This document shows positions 8,920 to 19,625 of a stretch of 64,000 bases of DNA, piece after piece. How positions within the stretch are numbered: position 1 is the stretch's first letter; each line of letters begins with the position of its first letter. This DNA comes from Minisyncoccota bacterium (GTDB lineage Bacteria; Patescibacteriota; Minisyncoccia; Phycocordibacterales; UBA9973): assembly GCA_043771685.1 (NCBI GenBank), contig JAYVGX010000034.1, positions 11,690 to 75,689 of the forward strand, given 5' to 3'. Position numbers and translations under genes: made by a program. The notes beneath the pieces were generated by a model, which saw only the letters and a program-made list of their open reading frames with translations, did no database searches and was not told the DNA's origin.

Positions 8920-9300
8920 TTATTTTTTAAACATCCTTTTTGCAAAACCCCAGAAACTATGATCTATAACCTCTTCTTGAGCTTCTGAGGTTGTTTGTTG
9001 TGAATCTACGATAGCTACAACTTTTTCACCAGCGAAGGCGACCTTATATTTATCACGAATTGACTCCTCTATCCCTATATCAGTTTTTAATTTATCAATA
9101 TCTTTATTTAACAAGTCCTCTCTTTTTGCCAATAAGTCTAATTGATTAACAACCATTGCCTTTTTGCGGGTTGTTTCTTTTTCTTTTTTAACCAAAACAA
9201 ATAAATTATAAGAAAATACTATTATAACAATCAATATAAAGAAAAAAAACGGACTTGAGTGGTAGAAATGGTTCTTTTGATTTTGCTTGAATTTTGTCAT
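8920..9300 (-). CDS. Septum formation initiator (FtsB/DivIC-like)
   Basis: TM helix plus coiled coil plus GIEESIRDKY...GEKV motif. Confidence 0.7.
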   Translation of the reverse strand: MTKFKQNQKNHFYHSSPFFFFILIVIIVFSYNLFVLVKKEKETTRKKAMVVNQLDLLAKREDLLNKDIDKLKTDIGIEESIRDKYKVAFAGEKVVAIVDSQQTTSEAQEEVIDHSFWGFAKRMFKK

Positions 9301-9435
9301 AAAAAGTACTATAATTATATCATGTTTTTCAGCAAACGTAATCAAAAAAGAATGCACAAAATATTCGCAGTAATCTCTGTTATAGTTATAATCAGTATGG
9401 TTTTACTGTATTCTGCGGCTTCTTTCTTCTAATAA

Positions 9436-11250
9436 TTAACGGTCCCCACTTCTCATCATCTTGAGGAATACATCGTGAGAGATATTTATCTTTGCATTTG
9501 CCTGCAAACGTTTTTTACCTTTCTTTTGCTTCTCTAGTAACTTCTTCTTACGACTCACATCCCCTCCTCCGACAACTTTACTACCGTGCATAAGCACGTC
9601 TTTACGAAACGCTGACACAGACTCTGAGGAGATGATACGCCCCAATGCTTTGCCTTGGATCTTGAAATTAAATTGTTGGCGAGGGATAATATTTTTTAGT
9701 TTCTCTACTTGAAATTTGGCTTCTTCTTCGACTTTGCGACGTGATATAACTTGGGTAAATGCAGGCATGACCTCATCGGCGACTATTATGTCGAGCCTAA
9801 CAACATCGGCGTCTTTGTAGTCAGTGATCTGGTACGAAATAGAAGCATAGCCAGAAGTTATACTTTTCATATCATCGAAAAAGTGGCGCATTAGTTCACG
9901 CAGTGGCATCGTAAGTTCAATGGTCGAACGATTATCACCAAAGTTCTCTGTAGTCTTTACAATTGCATCGTGGTCAAAGAAAAACGGCATGAGGACGCTA
10001 GTATAAATAGATGGAGTGATAACTTTAGCATCTACCCATGGTTCGCTTACGCGGTTAGCATTGCCATCGTCTGGGAAAAGGTGTGGTGAATAGACTATTT
10101 CTTCTTTACCATTTTTTAATGTAACTTTATAAATAATAGACGGTAAAGTAACAATCAGTTCGAGGTCAAACTCACGATGAAGTCTCTCGGTGATTATTTC
10201 TAAATGTAGCATCCCAAGAAATCCACAACGGAAACCTCGGCCTAGTATACCGGAGGCTTCTTCTTCATAAGAAAAAGACGAGTCCGATAAACGTAAACGT
10301 GACAAGGCTTGTTTTAAATTCGTAAAATCATCCTGACTTTCCGGATAAACCGAAGCCCAAACAACTGGACTTGGGTTCATATAACCAGGCAAAGGCATAA
10401 CTGGTCTCTTTGCATAAGTTATAGTATCACCGACAGAGGCTATTCCTGGTTTTTTGATACCAGTTACAACATAACCAATTTCACCAGTAGATAGACTGTC
10501 TTTGGGTATTTCACTTGGCGAGAAAACTCCGACTTCGAGTGCAATAAATTTTTCTTCTGAAACAGCAAACAACAGTTGCTCACCTTTTTTGAAACTTCCT
10601 TCTATGACACGAATATAAACTATAACTCCGCGATGGTTGTCGTATTTGAAATCGAAAACCAAAGCCGATGCTTTATTTTGAATAATTTCATATTCTTTTG
10701 GGGCTGGGACTCTTTTTACAACTTCAGCTAGCAATTCTTTTACACCCTCACCTGTGCGTCCTGAAACAGCCATGATAGTGTCGGGGTCAATGTCGAGCAA
10801 TACTGCAACCTCCATCTTTACTTCGTCTACTCGTGCCAAAGGTGAGTCGATTTTTGAAACAACAGGTATGATAACGAGCCCGAGTTCTCGAGCTAGATTG
10901 AGAGTTGTCAGAGTTTGTGCTTGGACACCCTGAGTCGCATCTACGAGCAATATAGAGCCTTCTACCGCCTTTAGAGCCCGCGAGACTTCGTAGGAGAAGT
11001 CCACGTGCCCGGGTGTGTCGATAAGGTTTAAAATAAACTTTTCATTACCAATTTGGTAGTCCATTCTAACGGGCTGCATCTTGATTGTGATACCACGCTC
11101 ACGCTCAAGTTCCATCGAGTCGAGAACTTGGTCTTTCATTTTGCGTTTTTCGATAGTACCAGTGAGTTCTATCATGCGATCGGCAAGAGTCGATTTCCCA
11201 TGGTCAATATGGGCTATAATTGTGAAATTCCTAATAGATTTTGTATCCAT
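9436..11250 (-). CDS. lepA: Elongation factor 4 (LepA)
   Basis: IRNFTIIAHIDHGKSTLADR, ERERGITIK, DTPGHVDF, GFRCGFLGMLH, KKLLEKQKKGK. Confidence 0.98.
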   Translation of the reverse strand: MDTKSIRNFTIIAHIDHGKSTLADRMIELTGTIEKRKMKDQVLDSMELERERGITIKMQPVRMDYQIGNEKFILNLIDTPGHVDFSYEVSRALKAVEGSILLVDATQGVQAQTLTTLNLARELGLVIIPVVSKIDSPLARVDEVKMEVAVLLDIDPDTIMAVSGRTGEGVKELLAEVVKRVPAPKEYEIIQNKASALVFDFKYDNHRGVIVYIRVIEGSFKKGEQLLFAVSEEKFIALEVGVFSPSEIPKDSLSTGEIGYVVTGIKKPGIASVGDTITYAKRPVMPLPGYMNPSPVVWASVYPESQDDFTNLKQALSRLRLSDSSFSYEEEASGILGRGFRCGFLGMLHLEIITERLHREFDLELIVTLPSIIYKVTLKNGKEEIVYSPHLFPDDGNANRVSEPWVDAKVITPSIYTSVLMPFFFDHDAIVKTTENFGDNRSTIELTMPLRELMRHFFDDMKSITSGYASISYQITDYKDADVVRLDIIVADEVMPAFTQVISRRKVEEEAKFQVEKLKNIIPRQQFNFKIQGKALGRIISSESVSAFRKDVLMHGSKVVGGGDVSRKKKLLEKQKKGKKRLQANAKINISHDVFLKMMRSGDR

Positions 11251-11287
11251 TTGTATATCTTAACAGAAAAATGCTTAAAAATAAAGG

Positions 11288-13054
11288 CTACTCTATAAAC
11301 CCACCAACTTGGTGATTCCATAAGTCTGCATAGTCGCCGCCGCGGGCTATGAGATCGGCATGAGTTCCCTGTTCGGTTATTTTTCCATCTTCGAGAACTA
11401 TGATGCGATCCATTTTAGAAATTGTAGAGAGTCTGTGGGCGATGACGATTGTGGTTTTATTTTTCATCAATTCATCAAAAGCTTTTTGAATGTATGTCTC
11501 GCTTACACTATCAAGCGACGATGTTGCTTCGTCTAAAATAAGTATTGGAGCGTCTTTTATCATCGCGCGAGCGATAGCTACACGCTGTCTTTCACCACCA
11601 GAGAGTTTGACCCCACGTTCACCAACATATGTTTCGTATTTGTAAGGTAACTTTTCGATAAAGTCATGAGCATAGGCTTTCTTTGCAACTTCTATAACAT
11701 CCTCATCTGTTGCATTGTCTTTCCCATAAGCAATGTTTTCGCGAATTGTCCTGTGAAATAAAATTGATTCTTGTGGTACATAAGAAATAACAGAACGTAA
11801 ATCATCTTGAGTCACATTGCGGATATCTTGTCCGTCGATAGTTACACCTCCAGCAGATACATCAGAAAAACGCAGTATCAAATTAGTAAAAGTAGACTTA
11901 CCTGCACCCGAGTGGCCAACCAAACCAATTCTTTCGCCAGGTGCAATATCTATAGAAAAGTTCGAAAATACTTCTTGTCCATTTTTATAAGAAAAAGAAA
12001 CATTGTTGAAAACCAAATGGCCTTTGGTCATATTTAATTTCTCTGGATTTTTAGGGTCCTCGATATCTGGAACTGTTTCAAATATTTCGACAACCTCTTT
12101 CATTTCTGCTGCAGATTTTGTAAACTTCATCATAGCATTACTTAAATCCCAAAGTTTCTCATAAATAGTAATCATATATGTTTGTATCAAAACTACTGTT
12201 CCTGTACTTATTTGACCCTTAAGCCAAAGCTTTATAAGTAAATACAATAATAAACTTAATGTTATAGAACCAAAAAGAGCCTGAGCTATTTCTATTTTTC
12301 CTCCAAAAAACCAAGCTTTTTTACTTTTAGTTTCTGCCTGAGTTGTTATTTCTCTAAATTTTTCTTTTTCATTTTTTTTTGCAGAAAATATTTTAACTGC
12401 TAACATATTGCCAAAGACATCAGATAATCTACCACTTAATTTTGAATCACTTGTAGATTCATCAGCATCATAAATAATTTTCGTTTTTAAGAATAAAATT
12501 ATTATAAGAATATAAATAAAAACAAAAAGAGAGAAAACGACACAAGCTTGTTTTGATTGATTATACAAAACAAAAAACATACCTATGAATGCAATCAAGG
12601 TTCCATAAAACTGATAGATCAATATATCAAACATTGTTTCAAATGATCGCACAAAACGATTAGATTTTGTTACTAAAGAACCAGCGAACGTGTTGGCAAA
12701 AAATGTTTGTGAATTATTTGTGATTTTACTAAAAGAAAAGTTGCGTAATTCTTTTATAACTTTTATTTCAAAATCATAAATCATAAACTTTCCTAATCTT
12801 GAAATTAAGGTTAAAGAAAAATTTATTATTACAATTATAAGAACTAAATTAAGCAGAGTAGGTTCTAGTAGTAAACGATTCATCTCATCCACAGATGAAG
12901 ATAAATTATCTATGATTCTTTTAAAGAAAATTGGCTTAATAACATTTTCCAATAAAGCTCTTATTCCGAATAATAGAAAAGAACCATAAAACAAAAACTT
13001 GTATTTTCGCATAGACGGCCAGACGTATTTAAATATAGAGCGAAATAATGACAT
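11288..13054 (-). CDS. ABC exporter, fused TMD-NBD (MsbA/MdlB-like)
   Basis: N-terminal TMD; GHSGAGKS, LSGGERQR, ILILDEATS. Confidence 0.95.
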   Translation of the reverse strand: MSLFRSIFKYVWPSMRKYKFLFYGSFLLFGIRALLENVIKPIFFKRIIDNLSSSVDEMNRLLLEPTLLNLVLIIVIINFSLTLISRLGKFMIYDFEIKVIKELRNFSFSKITNNSQTFFANTFAGSLVTKSNRFVRSFETMFDILIYQFYGTLIAFIGMFFVLYNQSKQACVVFSLFVFIYILIIILFLKTKIIYDADESTSDSKLSGRLSDVFGNMLAVKIFSAKKNEKEKFREITTQAETKSKKAWFFGGKIEIAQALFGSITLSLLLYLLIKLWLKGQISTGTVVLIQTYMITIYEKLWDLSNAMMKFTKSAAEMKEVVEIFETVPDIEDPKNPEKLNMTKGHLVFNNVSFSYKNGQEVFSNFSIDIAPGERIGLVGHSGAGKSTFTNLILRFSDVSAGGVTIDGQDIRNVTQDDLRSVISYVPQESILFHRTIRENIAYGKDNATDEDVIEVAKKAYAHDFIEKLPYKYETYVGERGVKLSGGERQRVAIARAMIKDAPILILDEATSSLDSVSETYIQKAFDELMKNKTTIVIAHRLSTISKMDRIIVLEDGKITEQGTHADLIARGGDYADLWNHQVGGFIE

Positions 13055-13114
13055 CTATAAAATATACCAAAAAAAGCTTAAAAAGCAAAGCTTATTTAAA
13101 AAGACAATCTTAAA

Positions 13115-14797
13115 CTAAAGTTCTTTCTGTTCTGGAGCTATAACCCGACCACGCCAGAATTTGTGACTTAGAGTATCGATTAAATCGAATAATTCTTTGT
13201 TTTTCATGAGAGCCAGAATTATAACACCCAATCCTATACCAATGAGTCCTGAAAAGAGACCTTGCAACAAGATACCGTAACCAGTATTTATATCTAGTAT
13301 ATTATCTAAAATCCCCAACATAACATAAGAAGTCGTACCCATCACAACAGAAGCAACTGCACTCTGCAAGAAGCTCTGGAACAACTCAGACGAATGATAT
13401 GGGAAGAAATCTTTTTTGAAATAAATCCAAAGTAAAATAAAATTTAAAAAAGAACCGATACTATACGCCAATGGTAAAGCCAGGAGTTTAGTACCTGAAA
13501 CGTGCTGAACTCTCAATAAGGATTCTAGGTTAGAAAGAATAAATGGATAATTTTCAAAAATAAATAGGAATAGAAAAGCGAAAATTATAATCATAATAGA
13601 AGAAAATACACTTATTAGAAGTGGTTTTTTTGTATTTCCTGAAGCATAGTATGAACGAACCAACAACAAAACTAAACTTTGAGTAACTAAAGACACTATA
13701 AACAATGCTACAGCTGCAGCTGTTAAACGTGTGTCTGACCAAGAGAATCTCTGCGAGCCCAGAACTACACGTACTATCTGTGCACGCAAAACAGCGAGTA
13801 ATGCGATTATAGGTAATGACCAGAAAATAATACTCCTTGCAGTAGAAACTATTTGTTTAACAAAAGCATCCATGTCTTTATTGGAAAATGATTTAACTAA
13901 TACAGGAAAAGCTGCTACAGAATAAGAAATACCGATAATGCCGACAGGTACTGATTGTAGATTATAAGAAAAAGTAAAAAGAGAAATAGAACCAGGTACT
14001 AATAATGAAGCAAGAGATATCAGAACTATAAATACTAAACTCGTACAAGACAAAGCAACAGTTCTAGGGAAAGAAGTTCTGACAACTTTATAAATTTCTG
14101 TCCAAGATATTTTACTAGTAAATAATGGGAAAAAGCCATGCGAAATAATCACAGGTATCTGTATAGATAAATGCAACAAAGCACCGATAACCACACCAAA
14201 TGCGAGTCCTGTAACACCTAGTTTTGGATATAGATAAGCTACACCAAACAATATTCCTAAGTTATAAAAAACGGGCGACAAAGAGAATACAAAGAAATTT
14301 CTAAATAGTTGAGTAACCGTTCCGAGCATATTAGAAAGTCCGATAAATATAGGAGACAAAAGCATGATACGACTGATTTTGATTAATAAAACAAGTTGTT
14401 CATTATTAAAACCTGGAGCAACTAGTGGTGCGATGTACGGCATCAAAATAGCTATTACAATACTCGCAATTAACATGAAAACCATATAAACAGTAAAAAT
14501 ACTATTTAGAAAAATCCGAGCTTTATCATTATTTTTATCGTCAATACGATCAACCAAGAAAGGCAACAATACAGTCACTGAAGCCAGCGATGCGACAGAT
14601 ATGTATAGGAAATCAGGAATTCTAAATGCAGCATAATAAACATCTAAAATAGGTCCTGATCCTATACTGTTCACCAACATTCTGTCACGTATTAGACCTA
14701 GAATTTGAGAAAGCAGAGAGAAAATTCCAAGCACTAAAGCAGCCTCACCTATCGGACCTTGCTTGCTGTTAAAAAATTTTATAAAACGCTTTACCAT
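13115..14797 (-). CDS. murJ: Lipid II flippase MurJ (MviN)
   Basis: LSQILGLIRD, DVYYAAFRIPD, many TM segments. Confidence 0.9.
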   Translation of the reverse strand: MVKRFIKFFNSKQGPIGEAALVLGIFSLLSQILGLIRDRMLVNSIGSGPILDVYYAAFRIPDFLYISVASLASVTVLLPFLVDRIDDKNNDKARIFLNSIFTVYMVFMLIASIVIAILMPYIAPLVAPGFNNEQLVLLIKISRIMLLSPIFIGLSNMLGTVTQLFRNFFVFSLSPVFYNLGILFGVAYLYPKLGVTGLAFGVVIGALLHLSIQIPVIISHGFFPLFTSKISWTEIYKVVRTSFPRTVALSCTSLVFIVLISLASLLVPGSISLFTFSYNLQSVPVGIIGISYSVAAFPVLVKSFSNKDMDAFVKQIVSTARSIIFWSLPIIALLAVLRAQIVRVVLGSQRFSWSDTRLTAAAVALFIVSLVTQSLVLLLVRSYYASGNTKKPLLISVFSSIMIIIFAFLFLFIFENYPFILSNLESLLRVQHVSGTKLLALPLAYSIGSFLNFILLWIYFKKDFFPYHSSELFQSFLQSAVASVVMGTTSYVMLGILDNILDINTGYGILLQGLFSGLIGIGLGVIILALMKNKELFDLIDTLSHKFWRGRVIAPEQKEL

Positions 14798-14800
14798 TTA

Positions 14801-17131
14801 TTAATTTTTTTGAGTTGTTTTTTCAGTTGTCTTTTCTACGACAGGTTCTGGAGGATTTGAGATTGATCTAATAGCTTCTTTTACATCAGCATTTTCTGGC
14901 TCAATATCTTCTAAGATTTTAAATTGTTCCAGAGCTTTACCATTTGAATTTGTTTTTTGATACGCTTTACCTAACATGAAACGAGCATTTGAGTTGTTTC
15001 TATTTAAGAAAACTGCATTTTCAAACGCAACCACAGCTTCTGAGTAAGATCCATCAGCATAACGTAATTGTCCACTTTGGAAGTAAAGGTTGGATTCAGA
15101 TGGGAAATAGTAAATTGCTGTATCTATCTGTTCAATAGCACCCTTTATATTATTTTGATTTACAAAAATTTGAGCTTTTAGGATTAGAGCATCTGCATAA
15201 TTTGGTTTTATTTGTAGGGCTTGGTTGATAAATTCAATCGCTTTATCTGTATTTGAATTACTAAATTCTAATCTAGCGAGACTTAAAATAATATTTGGAT
15301 TATTTGGAGAAAGTACTAATGCTTTATTGTAAGCATCGACTGAATTTTCGTAACTTTTTTCAATTTTTAATTGAGATAAACTAGCGTACAGATTACCCAA
15401 ATTAAGATGATTTAGGTATTGTTTTTTATCATTAGTTACAGCGAGTTTAGCACTATACTCTGATTGACTAACTAATTGTTGGACGCTAGTTTTTATACGA
15501 TCAGCAGAAATTTCTTTATTATTTAAAATAAAACCAATCTGAGATAGATATATTTGTGAAAGTGATCTAAGATAAGTATCTTTATTATCTAGGACGAATG
15601 CATTATTTTGCATAATTACAGCCTTGTCGAGACCTTCAGCACTGTTTTCGACATTTACACTTTGTGCAAAATACATAACAGAAACAAATTTTTTTGCATA
15701 TGTATAAGTTAAGAAGATTGTTCCAATAATTAGAATCATCAATAATAGTATAGAGAAGAAGCTATGTCTTGGGTCATCTAAGAAAGAAAACTTTATCACA
15801 GGAATACTTTTATTGTAAACAAGCATACCGATCAAGACTCCACTCGATAAGAATGCAATCATGAGCATCGTTACATTTGGTGTGTAGATGATACAAATAA
15901 TCCAAGAATATATAACGGTCAACAGTAAACTCAATAAGAAATAATTATTTAAACTATCTTTATAAGAAACTTTCATAAATTTAAATCCTCTGTAGAGAAT
16001 GGACAATATAAAGATCAAGAAAGCTACTGCACCGAGAACTCCAACGGTCGATAGTAGTGTTGGTAAAAATCCAAAACCAAAAGAAAAATCATTATTCCAA
16101 AATGGTGTAAGGTATATATCCATAGGACGCCACTTTGCCCAGTCGATAATAAAAGTATTTGGACCAGTTCCTAATACAGGATTATAGAGGAATGCTTTAT
16201 AAGCAACATGACTAGTTGAACTGATGTTTGGACGAATATCTATATTTGGAATTGGAATATATTTATTTGTAAAAGAAGATATATTTGTTCCTCCCACAAT
16301 AAACACGAAACAAATCAATATTGAAATCATAGCTACGAATGGGAACTTCTTTTTATTCTCTCCACCATGAAAGATAGCTACACCTGCTTGCTGGAAAGAA
16401 ATACTATAAACAAGTAACACAACAGAGAAGATACCTATTAGAATCCAAACAAAAGAAATATTTATAATAGCTAAGAATACAAAAGACGAAACTAGTAGGA
16501 AATACTGTAGAAACTTAAAGATACCTTTACTCTTTAGTAGATCGATAGTATAAACACACAACAATGCTATCAATCCGAAGAATATAGCGAAGTCTGTCCA
16601 TGTCCCAAATAAATTACCATAGCTCACACTTCTTAGGAAGTTGCCAAAAATACCTGGTTTAATTAAATTACCGAGAATCAAAATTATCTCGAATAGTACT
16701 AAAACAGCAGCACTAGCAAAAAGTGAGATCTGGAAATACCAAAGTCTCCTTTCTGTTTGGAAATAAGTAGCAGACAAGAAGAATACCAAGAACATAATCA
16801 ACATTGAAGAAAAAGTTCCGACTTCGAAACCACTACCAAAAAAAGATAGATTTTTAGAAACAGAGAAGAATGACGAAATCAAGAAGATCAAAGGGATAGC
16901 TAATCCAAATAACACTGATCTATCCCGTGGTATATGAAAAACTCCTTCACCTAATCTAGCTACTAACCAAAAACAAAGAGAGATAGTTATCCCTATTGAA
17001 AAGAAAAATCCTTTCGCTGCAAAAAGTGACATCGAGGAATAAGGCAAGAAGAAGAAGATAGAGATAAACACTGTTGCGAATAGTGAGACGAAAGAGAGTT
17101 TATTAATAAATGATATTGTTTTTTTTTCCAT
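14801..17131 (-). CDS. Polytopic membrane protein (O-antigen ligase/GT-C-like) with C-terminal TPR repeats
   Basis: About 12 TM segments, PVLGTGPNTF loop, TPR-type repeats (YNKALVLSPNN, ALQIKPNYADA). Start at MEKKTI. Confidence 0.7.
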   Translation of the reverse strand: MEKKTISFINKLSFVSLFATVFISIFFFLPYSSMSLFAAKGFFFSIGITISLCFWLVARLGEGVFHIPRDRSVLFGLAIPLIFLISSFFSVSKNLSFFGSGFEVGTFSSMLIMFLVFFLSATYFQTERRLWYFQISLFASAAVLVLFEIILILGNLIKPGIFGNFLRSVSYGNLFGTWTDFAIFFGLIALLCVYTIDLLKSKGIFKFLQYFLLVSSFVFLAIINISFVWILIGIFSVVLLVYSISFQQAGVAIFHGGENKKKFPFVAMISILICFVFIVGGTNISSFTNKYIPIPNIDIRPNISSTSHVAYKAFLYNPVLGTGPNTFIIDWAKWRPMDIYLTPFWNNDFSFGFGFLPTLLSTVGVLGAVAFLIFILSILYRGFKFMKVSYKDSLNNYFLLSLLLTVIYSWIICIIYTPNVTMLMIAFLSSGVLIGMLVYNKSIPVIKFSFLDDPRHSFFSILLLMILIIGTIFLTYTYAKKFVSVMYFAQSVNVENSAEGLDKAVIMQNNAFVLDNKDTYLRSLSQIYLSQIGFILNNKEISADRIKTSVQQLVSQSEYSAKLAVTNDKKQYLNHLNLGNLYASLSQLKIEKSYENSVDAYNKALVLSPNNPNIILSLARLEFSNSNTDKAIEFINQALQIKPNYADALILKAQIFVNQNNIKGAIEQIDTAIYYFPSESNLYFQSGQLRYADGSYSEAVVAFENAVFLNRNNSNARFMLGKAYQKTNSNGKALEQFKILEDIEPENADVKEAIRSISNPPEPVVEKTTEKTTQKN

Positions 17132-17194
17132 ACAAATACTATGATAATTTTTATTTATAATTGATTTTATTATACTACACAAATAATTTTAAAA

Positions 17195-19606
17195 CTACAC
17201 TACAATGTTAATAAGTCGATCTTTTACATAAATCACTCTTTTAACTTCTTTTTCTTTGGTCCAGCTAATTATCGTTTCATTATTTAGAGCTTGTTTTTTA
17301 ACCTCTGCTTCACTTGTGTCTTTTGGTATCAATATTTCTGCTCTAACTTTTCCATTAACTTGGATAATGATTTTTATCTCTTCATCTACTATTTTCTTAC
17401 TATCGAACTTTGGCCACGGACTTTTATGAATTGACTTCTTTTCACCTGTATCATGCCACATCTCTTCTGTTACATGTGGGGCAAAAGGTGCAAGGATTTG
17501 TAATAATTTCTTGAAATCATTTACAGATAAATTTTTGGTTTTTTCAAATTCATTTACGAAAACCATCAAACTAGAGACCGCGGTATTGAAACTCATGCTT
17601 TCGATGTCTTCTCCTACTTTTTTTATTGTTTTGTGTAAAACTTTTTCTAAATTTGAATCTGTTTTATTTTTTTTATTTAAAACTTGTTCTTGAATTTTCC
17701 AAACTTTTTCTAAAAAACGACGTGGGCCAATCAAACTTTCCATAGACCAAGAAACTGATTGATCAAAAGGACCCATAAACATCTCGTATAAACGCAAGGT
17801 GTCGGCACCGTAATTATTTATTATTTCTTCAGGAGAAACAGTATTGCCGAGTGATTTAGACATCTTGCTACCACCTTCGGTTAATATCATACCGTGACTC
17901 GTACGTTTCGCATATGGTTCAGATGTCGGGACTAATTTTAGATCATATAAAAATTTATGCCAGAAACGAGAATAGAGTAAGTGCAATGTCGTATGTTCCA
18001 TACCACCGTTATACCAAGACACTCCATTTTTTAACCAATAAGACAAAGCTTTTTTACTGGCAAATTCTTTTTTATTTTTAGGATCAGCATAGCGTAAATA
18101 ATACCAAGAGCTTCCTGCCCAATTTGGCATTGTATCAGTCTCACGCTTGGCAGGGCCTTTACAGACAGGGCATTTCACATTGACCCATTTATCCATAATA
18201 GCCAAGGGGCTTTCACCATTATCTGTCGGTACATAGGACTTTACTTTAGGAAGTGTTACAGGTAAATCTTTTTCTGGTACAGGAACATAGCCTTGACTGT
18301 CGGGGTCTGTTAGAGCACATTTTTCACAGTGTATTATTGGTATCGGTTCACCCCAGTAGCGTTGTCTTGAAAAGACCCAATCACGAAGTTTGAATTTCGT
18401 AACAATTTTTCCATTTACTTTTTCTGTTATCTCTTTTGCATCAACTAAAGGCTCATCGATAATTGGCAAATTGTATTTTGTAGCAAACCGTAAATCGCGA
18501 TCATCGTGTTTTGGTACTCCCATAACAGCTCCTGTACCATAACTTGCCAATACATAGTCTGCAATCCACACAGGAACAACTCCCCCATTTGCAGGGTTTA
18601 TAGCATTTACACCTTGAAGTACGATACCAGTCTTTTCTTTATCTTCTGCTGTACGATCGAGCTCAGATCTCTTGTTTGCACTTTTCAAATATTTCTCTAC
18701 ATCATTCCAATTCTTTATATTAGATTTTAATTTTTCTACCAATTCATGCTCTGGAGCAAGTACGACATAAGTCACACCAAACAAAGTGTCAGCACGAGTT
18801 GTAAATACTTTTATTTTATCATCACTGTCTTTTATTTTAAATTCTATCTCACTACCGATACTTTTCCCTATCCAATTACGTTGTTGGATTTTTATTTTTT
18901 CTAGATAATCTACACCATCTAAATCACTATCTAATCTATCAGCGTATTTTGTAATAGCAAGCATCCATTGTTCTTTTTCTTTCTTTGTAGTCTCACCACC
19001 ACAACGCTCGCAGTGCCCGTTTACTACTTCTTCATTAGCGAGACCTATCTTACAATTTATACACCAATTGATAAGTGTTTTAGTTTTATAAGCGAGGCCT
19101 TTCTTATACAATTGGAGAAATATCCATTGAGTCCATTTAAAATAAGCCGGATCTGTAGTGTTTATTTCCCTATCCCAATCAAAACCGAAGCCAACAGATT
19201 TTAATTGCTTTCGAAAAGTATCAGTATTTTGTTTTGTCACTTTTTCTGGTTGGATACCAGTTTTTATAGCGTAGTTTTCTGTTGGTAAACCAAAAGCGTC
19301 CCAGCCTATCGGGTATAAAACATTGTACCCTTCCATCCGACGCTTACGTGTGATGATATCCATCGCTGTGTTACTGCGTATATGTCCTACGTGAAGTCCT
19401 GCTCCAGACGGGTACGGGAATTCTATAAGTCCAAAAAATGCTTTTCCTTTCGTGCTATTTTTAACAGAATAAGTTTTTTTCTTATCCCACTCGCGTTGCC
19501 ACTTTTTTTCGATCTTTGTATGGTTATACTCTTTCTGCTTGCCCGTCCGTAGCTTTGCGGAGGCGGGCCACTTTTTTTCTATTTTTTTATGATCGTAGTT
19601 TTTCAT
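17195..19606 (-). CDS. leuS: Leucine--tRNA ligase with a duplicated N-terminal helix and a 30-nt insertion
   Basis: FPYPSGAGLHVGH, GWDAFGLP, DWVFSRQRYWGEP, KMSKS. Confidence 0.98.
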   Translation of the reverse strand: MKNYDHKKIEKKWPASAKLRTGKQKEYNHTKIEKKWQREWDKKKTYSVKNSTKGKAFFGLIEFPYPSGAGLHVGHIRSNTAMDIITRKRRMEGYNVLYPIGWDAFGLPTENYAIKTGIQPEKVTKQNTDTFRKQLKSVGFGFDWDREINTTDPAYFKWTQWIFLQLYKKGLAYKTKTLINWCINCKIGLANEEVVNGHCERCGGETTKKEKEQWMLAITKYADRLDSDLDGVDYLEKIKIQQRNWIGKSIGSEIEFKIKDSDDKIKVFTTRADTLFGVTYVVLAPEHELVEKLKSNIKNWNDVEKYLKSANKRSELDRTAEDKEKTGIVLQGVNAINPANGGVVPVWIADYVLASYGTGAVMGVPKHDDRDLRFATKYNLPIIDEPLVDAKEITEKVNGKIVTKFKLRDWVFSRQRYWGEPIPIIHCEKCALTDPDSQGYVPVPEKDLPVTLPKVKSYVPTDNGESPLAIMDKWVNVKCPVCKGPAKRETDTMPNWAGSSWYYLRYADPKNKKEFASKKALSYWLKNGVSWYNGGMEHTTLHLLYSRFWHKFLYDLKLVPTSEPYAKRTSHGMILTEGGSKMSKSLGNTVSPEEIINNYGADTLRLYEMFMGPFDQSVSWSMESLIGPRRFLEKVWKIQEQVLNKKNKTDSNLEKVLHKTIKKVGEDIESMSFNTAVSSLMVFVNEFEKTKNLSVNDFKKLLQILAPFAPHVTEEMWHDTGEKKSIHKSPWPKFDSKKIVDEEIKIIIQVNGKVRAEILIPKDTSEAEVKKQALNNETIISWTKEKEVKRVIYVKDRLINIVV
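19538..19567. repeat. 30-nt GC-rich palindromic element in frame in leuS
   Basis: Minus strand CCCGCCTCCGCAAAGCTACGGACGGGCAAG (encodes PASAKLRTGK), inserted between KKW and QKE. Confidence 0.8.
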
Positions 19607-19625
19607 ATCTATATTATATACTATA

